Shown one piece after another: positions 40,101-53,680 of a stretch of 64,000 nucleotides of DNA; the first letter of the stretch is position 1; every line of letters begins with the position of its first letter. A program made the translations under genes and the position numbers. Origin of the DNA: Eledone cirrhosa. Lineage: Eukaryota. Under the pieces are notes generated by a model, which saw only the letters and a list, made by a program, of their open reading frames with translations, had not been told where the DNA came from and searched no databases. Location: NCBI GenBank assembly GCA_964016885.1, contig CAXHJY010000096.1, positions 2,666,001 through 2,730,000 on the forward strand. Direction: 5' to 3'.

Positions 40101-43100
40101 ATAATTTCCAGCCGTCCAAGGGGAGATAATTTCCAGCCGTCCAAGGGGAGATAATTTTTTTTAAAAAATCAGGCGGAGATAATTTGTAAAAAAAAATCAG
40201 GGGGAGATAATTCGTAAAAAAAAATCAGGGGGAGATAATTTGTAAAAAAAAATCAGGGGGAGATAATTTGTAAAAAAAATCAAGGGGAGATAATTTCCAG
40301 CCGTCCAAGGGGAGGTAATATCTAGCCGTCCAAGGGGAGATAATTTCCAGCCGTCCAAGGGGAGATAATTTCCAGCCGTCCAAGGGGAGATAATTTCCAG
40401 CCGTCCAAGGAGACATATTTTCCAGCCGTCCAAGGCGAGGTAATTTCTAGCCGTCCAAGGGGAGATTAATTCCAGCCTCCAAGGGGAGATAATTTCCAGC
40501 CAGCCAAGGGGAGATAATTTGTAAAAAAATCAGGGGGAGATAATTTGTAAAAAATATCAGGGAGATAATTTGTAAAAAAAAATCAGGGGGAGATAATTTG
40601 TAAAAAAAATCAGGGGGAGATAATTTGTAAAAAAAAATCAGGGGGAGATAATTTGTAAAAAAAATCAAGGGGAGATAATTTCCAGCCGTCCAAGGGGAGA
40701 TAATTTTCAGCCGTCCAAGGAGAGGTAATTTCTAACCGTCCGAGGAGAGATAATTTCCAGCCGTCCAAGGGGAGATAATTTCCAGCCGTCCAAGGGGAGA
40801 TAATTTCCAGCCGTCCAAGGAGACATATTTTCCAGCCGTCCAAGGAGAGGTAATTTCTAGCCGTCCAAGGGGAGATAAATTCCAGCCTCCAAGGGGAGAT
40901 AATTTCCAGCCAGCCAAGGGGAGATAATTTGTAAAAAAATCAGGGGGAGATAATTTGCAAAAAAAATCAGGGGGAGATAATTTGTAAAAAAAATCAGGGG
41001 GAGATAATTTGTAAAAAATAATCAGGGGGAGATAATTTCCAGCCGTCCAAGGGAAGATAATTTCCAGCCCTCCAAGGGGCTATAATTTCCAGTGTCCAAG
41101 GGGAGATAATTTCCAGCCAGCGAAGGGGAGATAATTTTTTTTAAAAAATCATTGGGAGATTTGTAAAAAAAATCAGGGGGAGATAATTTGTAAAAAAAAT
41201 CAAGGGGAGATAATTTCCAGCCGTCCAAGGGGAGGTAATATCTAGCCGTCCAAGGGTAGATAATTTCCAGCCGTCCAACGGGAGATAATTTCCAGCCGTC
41301 CAAGGGTAGATCATATCCAGCCGCCCAAGGACATATTTTCCAGCCGTCCAAGGAGAGGTAATTTCTAGCCGTCCAAGGGGAGATAATTTCCAGCCGTCCA
41401 AGGGTAGATAATATCCAGCCGTCCAAGGACATATTTTCCAGCCGTCCAAGGAGAGGTAATTTCTAGCCGTCCAAGGGGAGATAAATTCCAGCCTCCAAGG
41501 GGAGATAATTTCCAGCCAGCCAAGGGGAGATAATTTGTAAAAAAATCAGGGGGAGATAATTTGTAAAAAAAATCAGGGGGAGATAATTTGTAAAAAAAAA
41601 TCAGGGGGAGATAATTTGTAAAAAAAAATCAGGGTGAGATAATTTGCAAAAAAAATCAGGGGGAGATAATTTGTAAAAAAAAATCAGGGGTAGATAATTT
41701 GTAAAAAAAAATCAGGGGGAGATAATTTGTAAAAAAAAATCAGGGGGAGATAATTTGTAAAAAAAATCAAGGGGAGATAATTTCCAGCCGTCCAAGGAGA
41801 GATAATTTAAAAAAAAATCAGGCGGAGATAATTTGTAAAAAAAAATCAGGGGGAGATAATTTGTAAAAAAAATCAGGGGGAGATAATTTGTAAAAAAAAA
41901 TCAGGGGTAGATAATTTGTAAAAAAAAATCAGGGGGAGATAATTTGTAAAAAAAAATCAGGAGGAGATAATTTGTAAAAAAAATCAAGGGGAGATAATTT
42001 CCAGCCGTCCAAGGAGAGATAATTTAAAAAAAAATCAGGCGGAGATAATTTGTAAAAAAAAATCAGGGGGAGATAATTTGTAAAAAAAAATCAGGGGGAG
42101 ATAATTTGTAAAAAAAATCAAGGGGAGATAATTTCCAGCCGTCCAAGGGGAGATAATTTTCAGCCGTCCAAGGGGAGATAATTTCCCGCCAGCCAAGGGA
42201 AGATAATATTCAAAAAAATCAGGCGGAGATAATTTGTAAAAAAAATCAGGGGGAGATAATTTGTAAAAAAATCAGGGGGAGATAATTTGTAAAAAAAAAA
42301 ATCAGGGGGAGATAATTTGTAAAAAAAATCAGGGGGAGATAATTTGTAAAAAAAATCAGGGGTAGATAATTTGTAAAAAAAAATCAGGGGGAGATAATTT
42401 GTAAAAAAAAATCAGGGGGAGATAATTTGTAAAAAAAATGAAAGGGGAGATAATATCCAGCCGTCCAAGGGGAGATAATTTCCAGCCGTCCAAGGGGAGA
42501 TAATTTCCAGCCGTCCAAGGGGAGATAATTTCCATCCTTCCAAGGGGATATAATTTCCAGCCGTCCAAGGGGAGATAATTTCCATCCTTCCAAGGGGATA
42601 TAATTTCCAGCCGTCCAAGGGGAGATAATTTTCAGCCGTCCAAGGAGAGGTAATTTCTAGCCGTCCAAGGAGAGATAATTTCCAGCCGTCCAAGGGGAGA
42701 TAATTTCCAGCCGTCCAAGGGGAGATAATTTCCAGCCGTCCAAGGAGACATATTTTCCAGCCGTCCAAGGAGAGGTAATTCCTAGCCGTCCAAGGGGAGA
42801 TAAATTCCAGCCTCCAAGGGGAGATAATTTCCAGCCAGCCAAGGGGAGATAATTTGTAAAAAAAATCAGGGGGAGATAACTTGTAAAAAAAATCAGGGGG
42901 AGATAATTTGTAAAAAAAAATCAGGGGTAGATAATTTGTAAAAAATAATCAGGGGGAGATAATTTGTAAAAAAAATCAAGGGGAGATAATTTCCAGCCGT
43001 CCAAGGGGAGATAATTTTCAGCCGTCCAAGGGGAGATAATTTCCCGCCAGCCAAGGGAAGATAATATTTAAAAAAATTAGGCGGAGATAATTTGTAAAAA

Positions 43101-45890
43101 AAATCAGGGGGAGATAATTTGTAAAAAAATCAGGGGGAGATAATTTGTAAAAAAAATCAGGGGGAGATAATTTGTAAAAAAAATCAGGGGGAGATAATTT
43201 GTAAAAAAAAATCAGGGGGAGATAATTTGTAAAAAAAATCAAGGGGAGATAATTTCCAGCCGTCCAAGGGAAGATAATTTCCAGCCCTCCAAGGGGCTAT
43301 AATTTCCAGCGTCCAAGGGGAGATAATTTCCAGCCAGCGAAGGGGAGATAATTTTTTTTAAAAAATCATTGGGAGATTTGTAAAAAAAATCAGGGGGAGA
43401 TAATTTGTAAAAAAAATCAAGGGGAGATAATTTCCAGCCGTCCAAGGGGAGGTAATATCTAGCCGTCCAAGGGGAGATAATTTCCAGCCGTCCAAGGGGA
43501 GATAATTTCCAGCCGTCCAAGGGTAGATAATATCCAGCCGTCCAAGGACATATTTTCCAGCCGTCCAAGGAGAGGTAATTTCTAGCCGTCCAAGGGGAGA
43601 TAAATTCCAGCCTCCAAGGTGAGATAATTTCCAGCCAGCCAAGGGGAGATAATTTGTAAAAAAATCAGGGGGAGATAATTTGTAAAAAAAATCAGGGGGA
43701 GATAATTTGTAAAAAAAAATCAGGGGGAGATAATTTGTAAAAAAAAATCAGGGGGAGATAATTTGTAAAAAAAAATCAGGGGGAGATAATTTGTAAAAAA
43801 AATCAAGGGGAGATAATTTCCAGCCGTCCAAGGGGAGATAATTTCCCGCCAGCCAAGGGAAGATAATATTTAAAAAAATCAGGCGGAGATAATTTGTAAA
43901 AAAAATCAGGGGGAGATAATTTGTAAAAAAATCAGGGGGAGATAATTTGTAAAAAAAAAATCAGGGGGAGATAATTTGTAAAAAAAATCAGGGGGAGATA
44001 ATTTGTAAAAAAAAATCAGGGGTAGATAAATTGTAAAAAAAAATCAGGGGGAGATAATTTGTAAAAAAAATCAGGGGGAGATAATTTGTAAAAAAAATGA
44101 AAGGGGAGATAATATCCAGCCGTCCAAGGGGAGATAATTTCCAGCCGTCCAAGGGGAGATAATTTCCAGCCGTCCAAGGGGAGATAATTTCCATCCTTCC
44201 AAGGGGATATAATTTCCAGCCGTCCAAGGGGAGATAATTTCCCGCCAGCCAAGGGAAGATAATTTTTAAAAAAATCAGTCGGAGATTGTAAAAAAAATCA
44301 GGGGGGAGATAATTTGTAAAAAAATCAGGGGGAGATAATTTGTAAAAAATAATCAGGGGGAGATAATTTGTAAAAAAAAATCAAGGGGAGATAATTTCCA
44401 GCCGTCCAAGGGGAGATAATTTCCCGCCAGCCAAGGGAAGATAATATTTAAAAAAATTAGGCGGAGATAATTTGTAAAAAAAATCAGGGGGAGATAATTT
44501 GTAAAAAAATCAGGGGGAGATAATTTGTAAAAAAAATCAGGGGGAGATAATTTGTAAAAAAAATCATGGGGAGATAATTTGTAAAAAAAAATCAGGGGTA
44601 GATAATTTGTAAAAAAAAATCAGGGGGAGATAATTTGTAAAAAAAAATCAGGGGGAGATAATTTGTAAAAAAAATCAAGGGGAGATAATTTCCAGCCGTC
44701 CAAGGGGAGATAATTTTCAGCTGTCCAAGGAGAGGTAATTTCTAGCCGTCCAAGGGGAGATAATTTCCAGCCGTCCAAGGGGAGGTAATTTCCAGCCGTC
44801 CAAGGGGAGATAATTTAAAAAAAAAAATCAGGCGGAGATAATTTGTAAAAAAAATCAAGGGGAGATAATTTGCAGCCGTCCAAGGGGAGATAATTTTCAG
44901 TCGTCCAAGGAGAGGTAATTTCTAGCCGTCCAAGGGGAGATAATTGCCAGCCGTCCAAGGGGAGATAATTTCCAGCCGTCCAAGGGGAGATAATTTTTTT
45001 TAAAAAATCAGGCGGAGATAATTTGTAAAAAAAATCAGGGGGAGATAATTTGTAAAAAAAATCAGGGGGAGATAATTTGTAAAAAAAAATCAGGGGTAGA
45101 TAATTTGTAAAAAAAAATCAGGGGGAGATAATTTGTAAAAAAAATCAAGGGGAGATAATTTCCAGCCGTCCAAGGGAAGATAATTTCCAGCCCTCCAAGG
45201 GGCTATAATTTCCAGCGTCCAAGGGGAGATAATTTCCAGCCAGCGAAGGGGAGATAATTTTTTTAAAAAAATCATTGGGAGATTTGTAAAAAAAATCAGG
45301 GGGAGATAATTTGTAAAAAAAATCAAGGGGAGATAATTTCCAGCCGTCCAAGGGGAGGTAATATCTAGCCGTCCAAGGGTAGATAATTTCCAGCCGTCCA
45401 ACGGGAGATAATTTCCAGCCGTCCAAGGGTAGATAATATCCAGCCGCCCAAGGACATATTTTCCAGCCGTCCAAGGAGAGGTAATTTCTAGCCGTCCAAG
45501 GGGAGATAATTTCCAGCCGTCCAAGGGTAGATAATATCCAGCCGTCCAAGGACATATTTTCCAGCCGTCCAAGGAGAGGTAATTTCTAGCCGTCCAAGGG
45601 GAGATAAATTCCAGCCTCCAAGGGGAGATAATTTCCAGCCAGCCAAGGGGAGATAATTTGTAAAAAAATCAGGGGGAGATAATTTGTAAAAAAAATCAGG
45701 GGGAGATAATTTGTAAAAAAAAATCAGGGGGAGATAATTTGTAAAAAAAAATCAGGGGGAGATAATTTGCAAAAAAAATCAGGGGGAGATAATTTGTAAA
45801 AAAAAATCAGGGGTAGATAATTTGTAAAAAAAAATCAGGGGGAGATAATTTGTAAAAAAAAATCAGGGGGAGATAATTTGTAAAAAAAAT
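31067..45890. repeat. Copy 2 of the ~14.6-kb tandem duplication (192 bp longer near its right end)
   Basis: atcatggagag at 16541 and 31118. Private variants are shared at a constant offset, e.g. aatccggcgg at ~20245/34822 and caggtggagataattcgt at ~18643/33220. The offset becomes 14771 after ~29360 (30319/45090). The copies diverge at ~31121/45892. Confidence 0.93.
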
Positions 45891-48392
45891 CAAGGGGAGA
45901 TAATTTCCAGCCGTCCAAGGAGAGATAATTTAAAAAAAAATCAGGCGGAGATAATTTGTAAAAAAAAATCAGGGGGAGATAATTTGTAAAAAAAAATCAG
46001 GGGGAGATAATTTGTAAAAAAAAATCAGGGGGAGATAATTTGTAAAAAAAATCAGGAGGAGATAATTTGTAAAAAAAATCAAGGGGAGATAATTTCCAGC
46101 CGTCCAAGGAGAGATAATTTAAAAAAAAATCAGGCGGAGATAATTTGTAAAAAAAAATCAGGGGGAGATAATTTGTAAAAAAAAATCAGGGGGAGATAAT
46201 TTGTAAAAAAAATCAAGGGGAGATAATTTCCAGCCGTCCAAGGGGAGATAATTTTCAGCCGTCCAAGGGGAGATAATTTCCCGCCAGCCAAGGGAAGATA
46301 ATATTCAAAAAAATCAGACGGAGATAATTTGTAAAAAAAATCAGGGGGAGATAATTTGTAAAAAAATCAGGGGGAGATAATTTGTAAAAAAAAAAATCAG
46401 GGGGAGATAATTTTTAAAAAAAATCAGGGGGAGATAATTTGTAAAAAAAAATCAGGGGTAGATAATTTGTAAAAAAAAATCAGGGGGAGATAATTTGTAA
46501 AAAAAAATCAGGGGGAGATAACTTGTAAAAAAAATGAAAGGGGAGATAATATCCAGCCGTCCAAGGGGAGATAATTTCCAGCCGTCCAAGGGGAGATAAT
46601 TTCCAGCCGTCCAAGGGGAGATAATTTCCATCCTTCCAAGGGGATATAATTTCCAGCCGTCCAAGGGGAGATAATTTCCATCCTTCCAAGGGGATATAAT
46701 TTCCAGCCGTCCAAGGGGAGATAATTTTCAGCCGTCCAAGGAGAGGTAATTTCTAGCCGTCCAAGGAGAGATAATTTCCAGCCGTCCAAGGGGAGATAAT
46801 TTCCAGCCGTCCAAGGGGAGATAATTTCCAGCCGTCCAAGGAGACATATTTTCCAGCCGTCCAAGGAGAGGTAATTCCTAGCCGTCCAAGGGGAGATAAA
46901 TTCCAGCCTCCAAGGGGAGATAATTTCCAGCCAGCCAAGGGGAGATAATTTGTAAAAAAAATCAGGGGGAGATAATTTGTAAAAAAAATCAGGGGGAGAT
47001 AATTTGTAAAAAAAAATCAGGGGTAGATAATTTGTAAAAAATAATCAGGGGGAGATAATTTGTAAAAAAAATCAAGGGGAGATAATTTCCAGCCGTCCAA
47101 GGGGAGATAATTTTCAGCCGTCCAAGGGGAGATAATTTCCCGCCAGCCAAGGGAAGATAATATTTAAAAAAATTAGGCGGAGATAATTTGTAAAAAAAAT
47201 CAAGGGGAGATAATTTCCAGCCGTCCAAGGGGAGATAATTTCCAGCCGTCCAAGGGAAGATAATTTCCAGCCCTCCAAGGGGCTATAATTTCCAGCGTCC
47301 AAGGGGAGATAATTTCCAGCCAGCGAAGGGGAGATAATTTTTTTTAAAAAATCATTGGGAGATTTGTAAAAAAAATCAGGGGGAGATAATTTGTAAAAAA
47401 AATCAAGGGGAGATAATTTCCAGCCGTCCAAGGGGAGGTAATATCTAGCCGTCCAAGGGGAGATAATTTCCAGCCGTCCAAGGGGAGATAATTTCCAGCC
47501 GTCCAAGGGTAGATAATATCCAGCCGTCCAAGGACATATTTTCCAGCCGTCCAAGGAGAGGTAATTTCTAGCCGTCCAAGGGGAGATAAATTCCAGCCTC
47601 CAAGGTGAGATAATTTCCAGCCAGCCAAGGGGAGATAATTTGTAAAAAAATCAGGGGGAGATAATTTGTAAAAAAAATCAGGGGGAGATAATTTGTAAAA
47701 AAAAATCAGGGGGAGATAATTTGTAAAAAAAATCAGGGGGAGATAATTTGTAAAAAAAAATCAGGGGGAGATAATTTGTAAAAAAAATCAAGGGGAGATA
47801 ATTTCCAGCCGTCCAAGGGGAGATAATTTCCCGCCAGCCAAGGGAAGATAATATTTAAAAAAATCAGGCGGAGATAATTTGTAAAAAAAATCAGGGGGAG
47901 ATAATTTGTAAAAAAATCAGGGGGAGATAATTTGTAAAAAAAAAATCAGGGGGAGATAATTTGTAAAAAAAATCAGGGGGAGATAATTTGTAAAAAAAAA
48001 TCAGGGGTAGATGAATTGTAAAAAAAAATCAGGGGGAGATAATTTGTAAAAAAAATCAGGGGGAGATAATTTGTAAAAAAAATGAAAGGGGAGATAATAT
48101 CCAGCCGTCCAAGGGGAGATAATTTCCAGCCGTCCAAGGGGAGATAATTTCCAGCCGTCCAAGGGGAGATAATTTCCATCCTTCCAAGGGGATATAATTT
48201 CCAGCCGTCCAAGGGGAGATAATTTCCCGCCAGCCAAGGGAAGATAATATTTAAAAAAATTAGGCGGAGATAATTTGTAAAAAAAATCAGGGGGAGATAA
48301 TTTGTAAAAAATCAGGGGGAGATAATTTGTAAAAAAAATCAGGGGGAGATAATTTGTAAAAAAAATCATGGGGAGATAATTTGTAAAAAAAA

Positions 48393-49388
48393 ATCAGGGG
48401 TAGATAATTTGTAAAAAAAAATCAGGGGGAGATAATTTGTAAAAAAAAATCAGGGGGAGATAATTTGTAAAAAAAATCAAGGGGAGATAATTTCCAGCCG
48501 TCCAAGGGGAGATAATTTTCAGCCGTCCAAGGAGAGGTAATTTCTAGCCGTCCAAGGGGAGATAATTTCCAGCCGTCCAAGGGGAGGTAATTTCCAGCCG
48601 TCCAAGGGGAGATAATTTTAAAAAAAAAATCAGGCGGAGATAATTTGTAAAAAAAATCAAGGGGAGATAATTTGCAGCCGTCCAAGGGGAGATAATTTTC
48701 AGTCGTCCAAGGAGAGGTAATTTCTAGCCGTCCAAGGGGAGATAATTGCCAGCCGTCCAAGGGGAGATAATTTCCAGCCGTCCAAGGGGAGATAATTTTT
48801 TTTAAAAAATCAGGCGGAGATAATTTGTAAAAAAAATCAGGGGGAGATAATTTGTAAACAAAATCAGGGGGAGATAATTTGTAAAAAAAAATCAGGGGTA
48901 GATAATTTGTAAAAAAAAATCAGGGGGAGATAATTTGTAAAAAAAAATCAGGGGGAGATAATTTGTAAAAAAAATCAAGGGGAGATAATTTCCAGCCGTC
49001 CAAGGGGAGATAATTTTCAGCCGTCCAAGGAGAGGTAATTTCTAGCCGTCCAAGGGGAGATAATTTCCAGCCGTCCAAGGGGAGGTAATTTCCAGCCGTC
49101 CAAGGGGAGATAATTTAAAAAAAAAAATCAGGCGGAGATAATTTGTAAAAAAAATCAAGGGGAGATAATTTGCAGCCGTCCAAGGGGAGATAATTTTCAG
49201 TCGTCCAAGGAGAGGTAATTTCTAGCCGTCCAAGGGGAGATAATTGCCAGCCGTCCAAGGGGAGATAATTTCCAGCCGTCCAAGGGGAGATAATTTTTTT
49301 TAAAAAATCAGGCGGAGATAATTTGTAAAAAAAATCATTGGGAGATAATTTGTAAACAAAATCAGGGGGAGATAATTTGTAAAAAAAA
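48393..49388. repeat. 498-bp local tandem duplication
   Basis: ggggtagat with the T at 48401 and 48899. The series tttgcagcc / tcagtcgtcc / aattgccagcc occurs twice at offset 498, and tgtaaacaaaatc occurs at ~48853 and ~49351. Confidence 0.85.
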
Positions 49389-49399
49389 ATCAGGGGGAG

Positions 49400-52300
49400 A
49401 TAATTTGTAAAAAAAATCATGGAGAGATAATTTCCAGCCGTCCAAGGGGAGATAATTTCCAGCCTTCCAAGGAGACATATTTTCCAGCCGTCCAAGGCGA
49501 GGTAATTTCTAGCCGTCCAAGGGGAGATAAATTCCAGCCTCCAAGGGGAGATAATTTCCAGCCAGCCAAGTGGAGATAATTTGTAAAAAAATCAGGGGGA
49601 GATAATTTGTAAAAAATATCAGGGAGATAATTTGTAAAAAAAAATCAGGGGGAGATAATTTGTAAAAAAAATCAGGGGGAGATAATTTGTAAAAAAAAAT
49701 CAGGGGGAGATAATTTGTAAAAAAAATCAAGGGGAGATAATTTCCAGCCGTCCAAGGGGAGATAATTTTCAGCCGTCCAAGGGGAGATAATTTCCCGCCA
49801 GCCAAGGGAAGATAATATTTAAAAAAATCAGGCGGAGATAATTTGTAAAAAAAATCAGGGGGAGATAATTTGTAAAAAAATCAGGGGGAGATAATTTGTA
49901 AAAAAAAAATCAGGGGGAGATAATTTGTAAAAAAAATCAGGGGGAGATAATTTGTAAAAAAAAATCAGGGGTAGATAATTTGTAAACAAATATCAGGGGG
50001 AGATAATTTGTAAAAAAAAATCAGGGGGAGATAATTTGTAAAAAAAATGAAAGGGGAGATAATATCCAGCCGTCCAAGGGGAGATAATTTCCAGCCGTCC
50101 AAGGGGATATAATTTCCAGCCGTCCAAGGGGAGATAATTTCCATCCTTCCAAGGGGATATAATTTCCAGCCGTCCAAGGGGAGATAATTTCCCGCCAGCC
50201 AAGGGAAGATAATTTTTAAAAAAATCAGGCGGAGATTGTAAAAAAAATCAGGGGGGAGATAATTTGTAAAAAAATCAGGGGGAGATAATTTGTAAAAAAT
50301 AATCAGGGGGAGATAATTTGTAAAAAAATTCAAGGGGAGATAATTTCCAGCCGTCCAAGGGGAGATAATTTCCCGCCAGCCAAGGGAAGATAATATTTAA
50401 AAAAATCAGGCGGAGATTGTAAAAAAAATCAGGGGGGAGATAATTTGTAAAAAAATCAGGGGGAGATAATTTGTAAAAAAAATCAGGGGGAGATAATTTG
50501 TAAAAAAATCAGGGGGAGATAATTTGTAAAAAAAATCAGGGGGAGATAATTTGTAAAAAAAATCATGGGGAGATAATTTGTAAAAAGAAATCAGGGGTAG
50601 ATAATTTGTAAAAAAAAATCAGGGGGAGATAATTTGTAAAAAAAAATCAGGGGGAGATAATTTGTAAAAAAAATCAAGGGGAGATAATATCCAGCCGTCC
50701 AAGGAGAGATAATTTTAAAAAAAAATGAGGCGGAGATAATTTGTAAAAAAAAAATCAGGGGGAGTTAATTTGTAAAAAAAAATGAGGGGGAGATAATTTG
50801 TAAAAAAAATCAAGGGGAGATAATTTCCAGCCGTCCAAGGGGAGATAATTTTCAGCCGTCCAAGGAGAGGTAATTTCTAGCCGTCCAAGGGGAGATAATT
50901 TCCAGCCGTCCAAGGGGAGGTAATTTCCAGCCGTCCAAGGGGAGATAATTTAAAAAAAAAAATCAGGCGGAGATAATTTGTAAAAAAAATCAAGGGGAGA
51001 TAATTTGCAGCCGTCCAAGGGGAGATAATTTTCAGTCGTCCAAGGAGAGGTAATTTCTAGCCGTCCAAGGGGAGATAATTTCCAGCCGTCCAAGGGGAGA
51101 TAATTTCCAGCCGTCCAAGGGGAGATAATTTTTTTTAAAAAATCAGGCGGAGATAATTTGTAAAAAAAATCAGGGGGAGATAATTTGTAAACAAAATCAG
51201 GGGGAGATAATTTGTAAAAAAAAATCAGGGGGAGATAATTTGTAAAAAAAATTAGGCGTAGATAATTTGTAAAAAAAAATCAGGGGGAGATAATTTGTAA
51301 AAAAAAATCAGGCGGAGATAATTTGTTTAAAAAATCAAGGGGAGATAATTTGCAGCCGTCCAAGGGGAGATAATTTTCAGCCGTCCAAGGAGAGGTAATT
51401 TCTAGCCGTTCAAGGGGAGATAATTTCCAGCCGTCCAAGGGGAGATAATTTCCAGCTGTCCAAGGGGAGATAATTTTTTTTTAAAAATCAGGCGGAGATA
51501 ATTTGTAAAAAAAAATCAGGGAGAGATAATTCGTAAAAAAAAATCAGGGGGAGATAATTTGTAAAAAAAAATCAGGGGGAGATAATTTGTAAAAAAAATC
51601 AAGGGGAGATAATTTCCAGCCGTCCAAGGGGAGGTAATATCTAGCCGTCCAAGGGGAGATAATTTCCAGCCGTCCAAGGGGAGATAATTTCCAGCCGTCC
51701 AAGGGGAGATAATTTCCAGCCGTCCAAGGAGACATATTTTCCAGCCGTCCAAGGCGAGGTAATTTCTAGCCGTCCAAGGGGAGATAAATTCCAGCCTCCA
51801 AGGGGAGATAATTTCCAGCCAGCCAAGGGGAGATAATTTGTAAAAAAATCAGGGGGAGATAATTTGTAAAAAATATCAGGGAGATAATTTGTAAAAAAAA
51901 ATCAGGGGGAGATAATTTGTAAAAAAAATCAGGGGGAGATAATTTGTAAAAAAAAATCAGGGGGAGATAATTTGTAAAAAAAATCAAGGGGAGATAATTT
52001 CCAGCCGTCCAAGGGGAGATAATTTTCAGCCGTCCAAAGAGAGGTAATTTCTAACCGTCCGAGGAGAGATAATTTCCAGCCGTCCAAGGGGAGATAATTT
52101 CCAGCCGTCCAAGGGGAGATAATTTCCAGCCGTCCAAGGAGACATATTTTCCAGCCGTCCAAGGAGAGGTAATTTCTAGCCGTCCAAGGGGAGATAAATT
52201 CCAGCCTCCAAGGGGAGATAATTTCCAGCCAGCCAAATGGAGATAATTTGTAAAAAAATCAGGGGGAGATAATTTGCAAAAAAAATCAGGGGGAGATAAT

Positions 52301-53680
52301 TTGTAAAAAATAATCAGGGGGAGATAATTTCCAGCCGTCCAAGGGGAGATAATTTAAAAAAAAATCAGGCGGAGATAATTTGTAAAAAAAAATCAGGGGG
52401 AGATAATTTGTAAAAAAAAATCAGGGGGAGATAATTTGTAAAAAAAATCAAGGGGAGATAATTTCCAGCCGTCCAAGGGAAGATAATTTCCAGCCCTCCA
52501 AGGGGCTATAATTTCCAGTGTCCAAGGGGAGATAATTTCCAGCCAGCGAAGGGGAGATAATTTTTTTTAAAAAATCATTGGGAGATTTGTAAAAAAAATC
52601 AGGGGGAGATAATTTGTAAAAAAAATCAAGGGGAGATAATTTCCAGCCGTCCAAGGGGAGGTAATATCTAGCCGTCCAAGGGGAGATAATTTCCAGCCGT
52701 CCAAGGGGAGATAATTTCCAGCCGTCCCAGGGTAGATAATATCCAGCCGCCCAAGGACATATTTTCCAGCCGTCCAAGGAGAGGTAATTTCTAGCCGTCC
52801 AAGGGGAGATAAATTCCAGCCTCCAAGGGGAGATAATTTCCAGCCAGCCAAGGGGAGATAATTTGTAAAAAAATCAGGGGGAGATAATTTGTAAAAAAAA
52901 TCAGGGGGAGATAATTTGTAAAAAAAAATCAGGGGGAGATAATTTGTAAAAAAAAATCAGGGGGAGATAATTTGCAAAAAAAATCAGGGGGAGATAATTT
53001 GTAAAAAAAAATCAGGGGTAGATAATTTGTAAAAAAAAATCAGGGGGAGATAATTTGTAAAAAAAAATCAGGGGGAGATAATTTGTAAAAAAAATCAAGG
53101 GGAGATAATTTCCAGCCGTCCAAGGAGAGATAATTTTAAAAAAAATCAGGCGGAGATAATTTGTAAAAAAAAATCAGGGGGAGATAATTTGTAAAAAAAA
53201 TCAGGGGGAGATAATTTGTAAAAAAAAATCAGGGGTAGATAATTTGTAAAAAAAATCAGGGGGAGATAATTTGTAAAAAAAAATCAGGGGGAGATAATTT
53301 GTAAAAAAAATCAAGGGGAGATAATTTCCAGCCGTCCAAGGAGAGATAATTTAAAAAAAAATCAGGCGGAGATAATTTGTAAAAAAAAATTAGGGGGAGA
53401 TAATTTGTAAAAAAAAATCAGGGGGAGATAATTTGTAAAAAAAATCAAGGGGAGATAATTTCCAGCCGTCCAAGGGGAGATAATTTTCAGCCGTCCAAGG
53501 GGAGGTAATTTCCCGCCAGCCAAGGGAAGATAATATTCAAAAAAATCAGGCGGAGATAATTTGTAAAAAAAATCAGGGGGAGATAATTTGTAAAAAAATC
53601 AGGGGGAGATAATTTGTAAAAAAAAAAATCAGGGGGAGATAATTTGTAAAAAAAATCAGGGGGAGATAATTTGTAAAAAA
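49400..53680. repeat. Third, partial copy of the left part of the 14.6-kb unit
   Basis: Markers ccaaagagaggtaatttctaaccgtccgagg at ~19135, 33712 and 52034; ccaaatggag at ~19334, 33911 and 52233; gtcccagggtag at ~19825, 34402 and 52724. ORFs match at 17118/31695/49993 and 19549/34126/52448. Confidence 0.87.
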
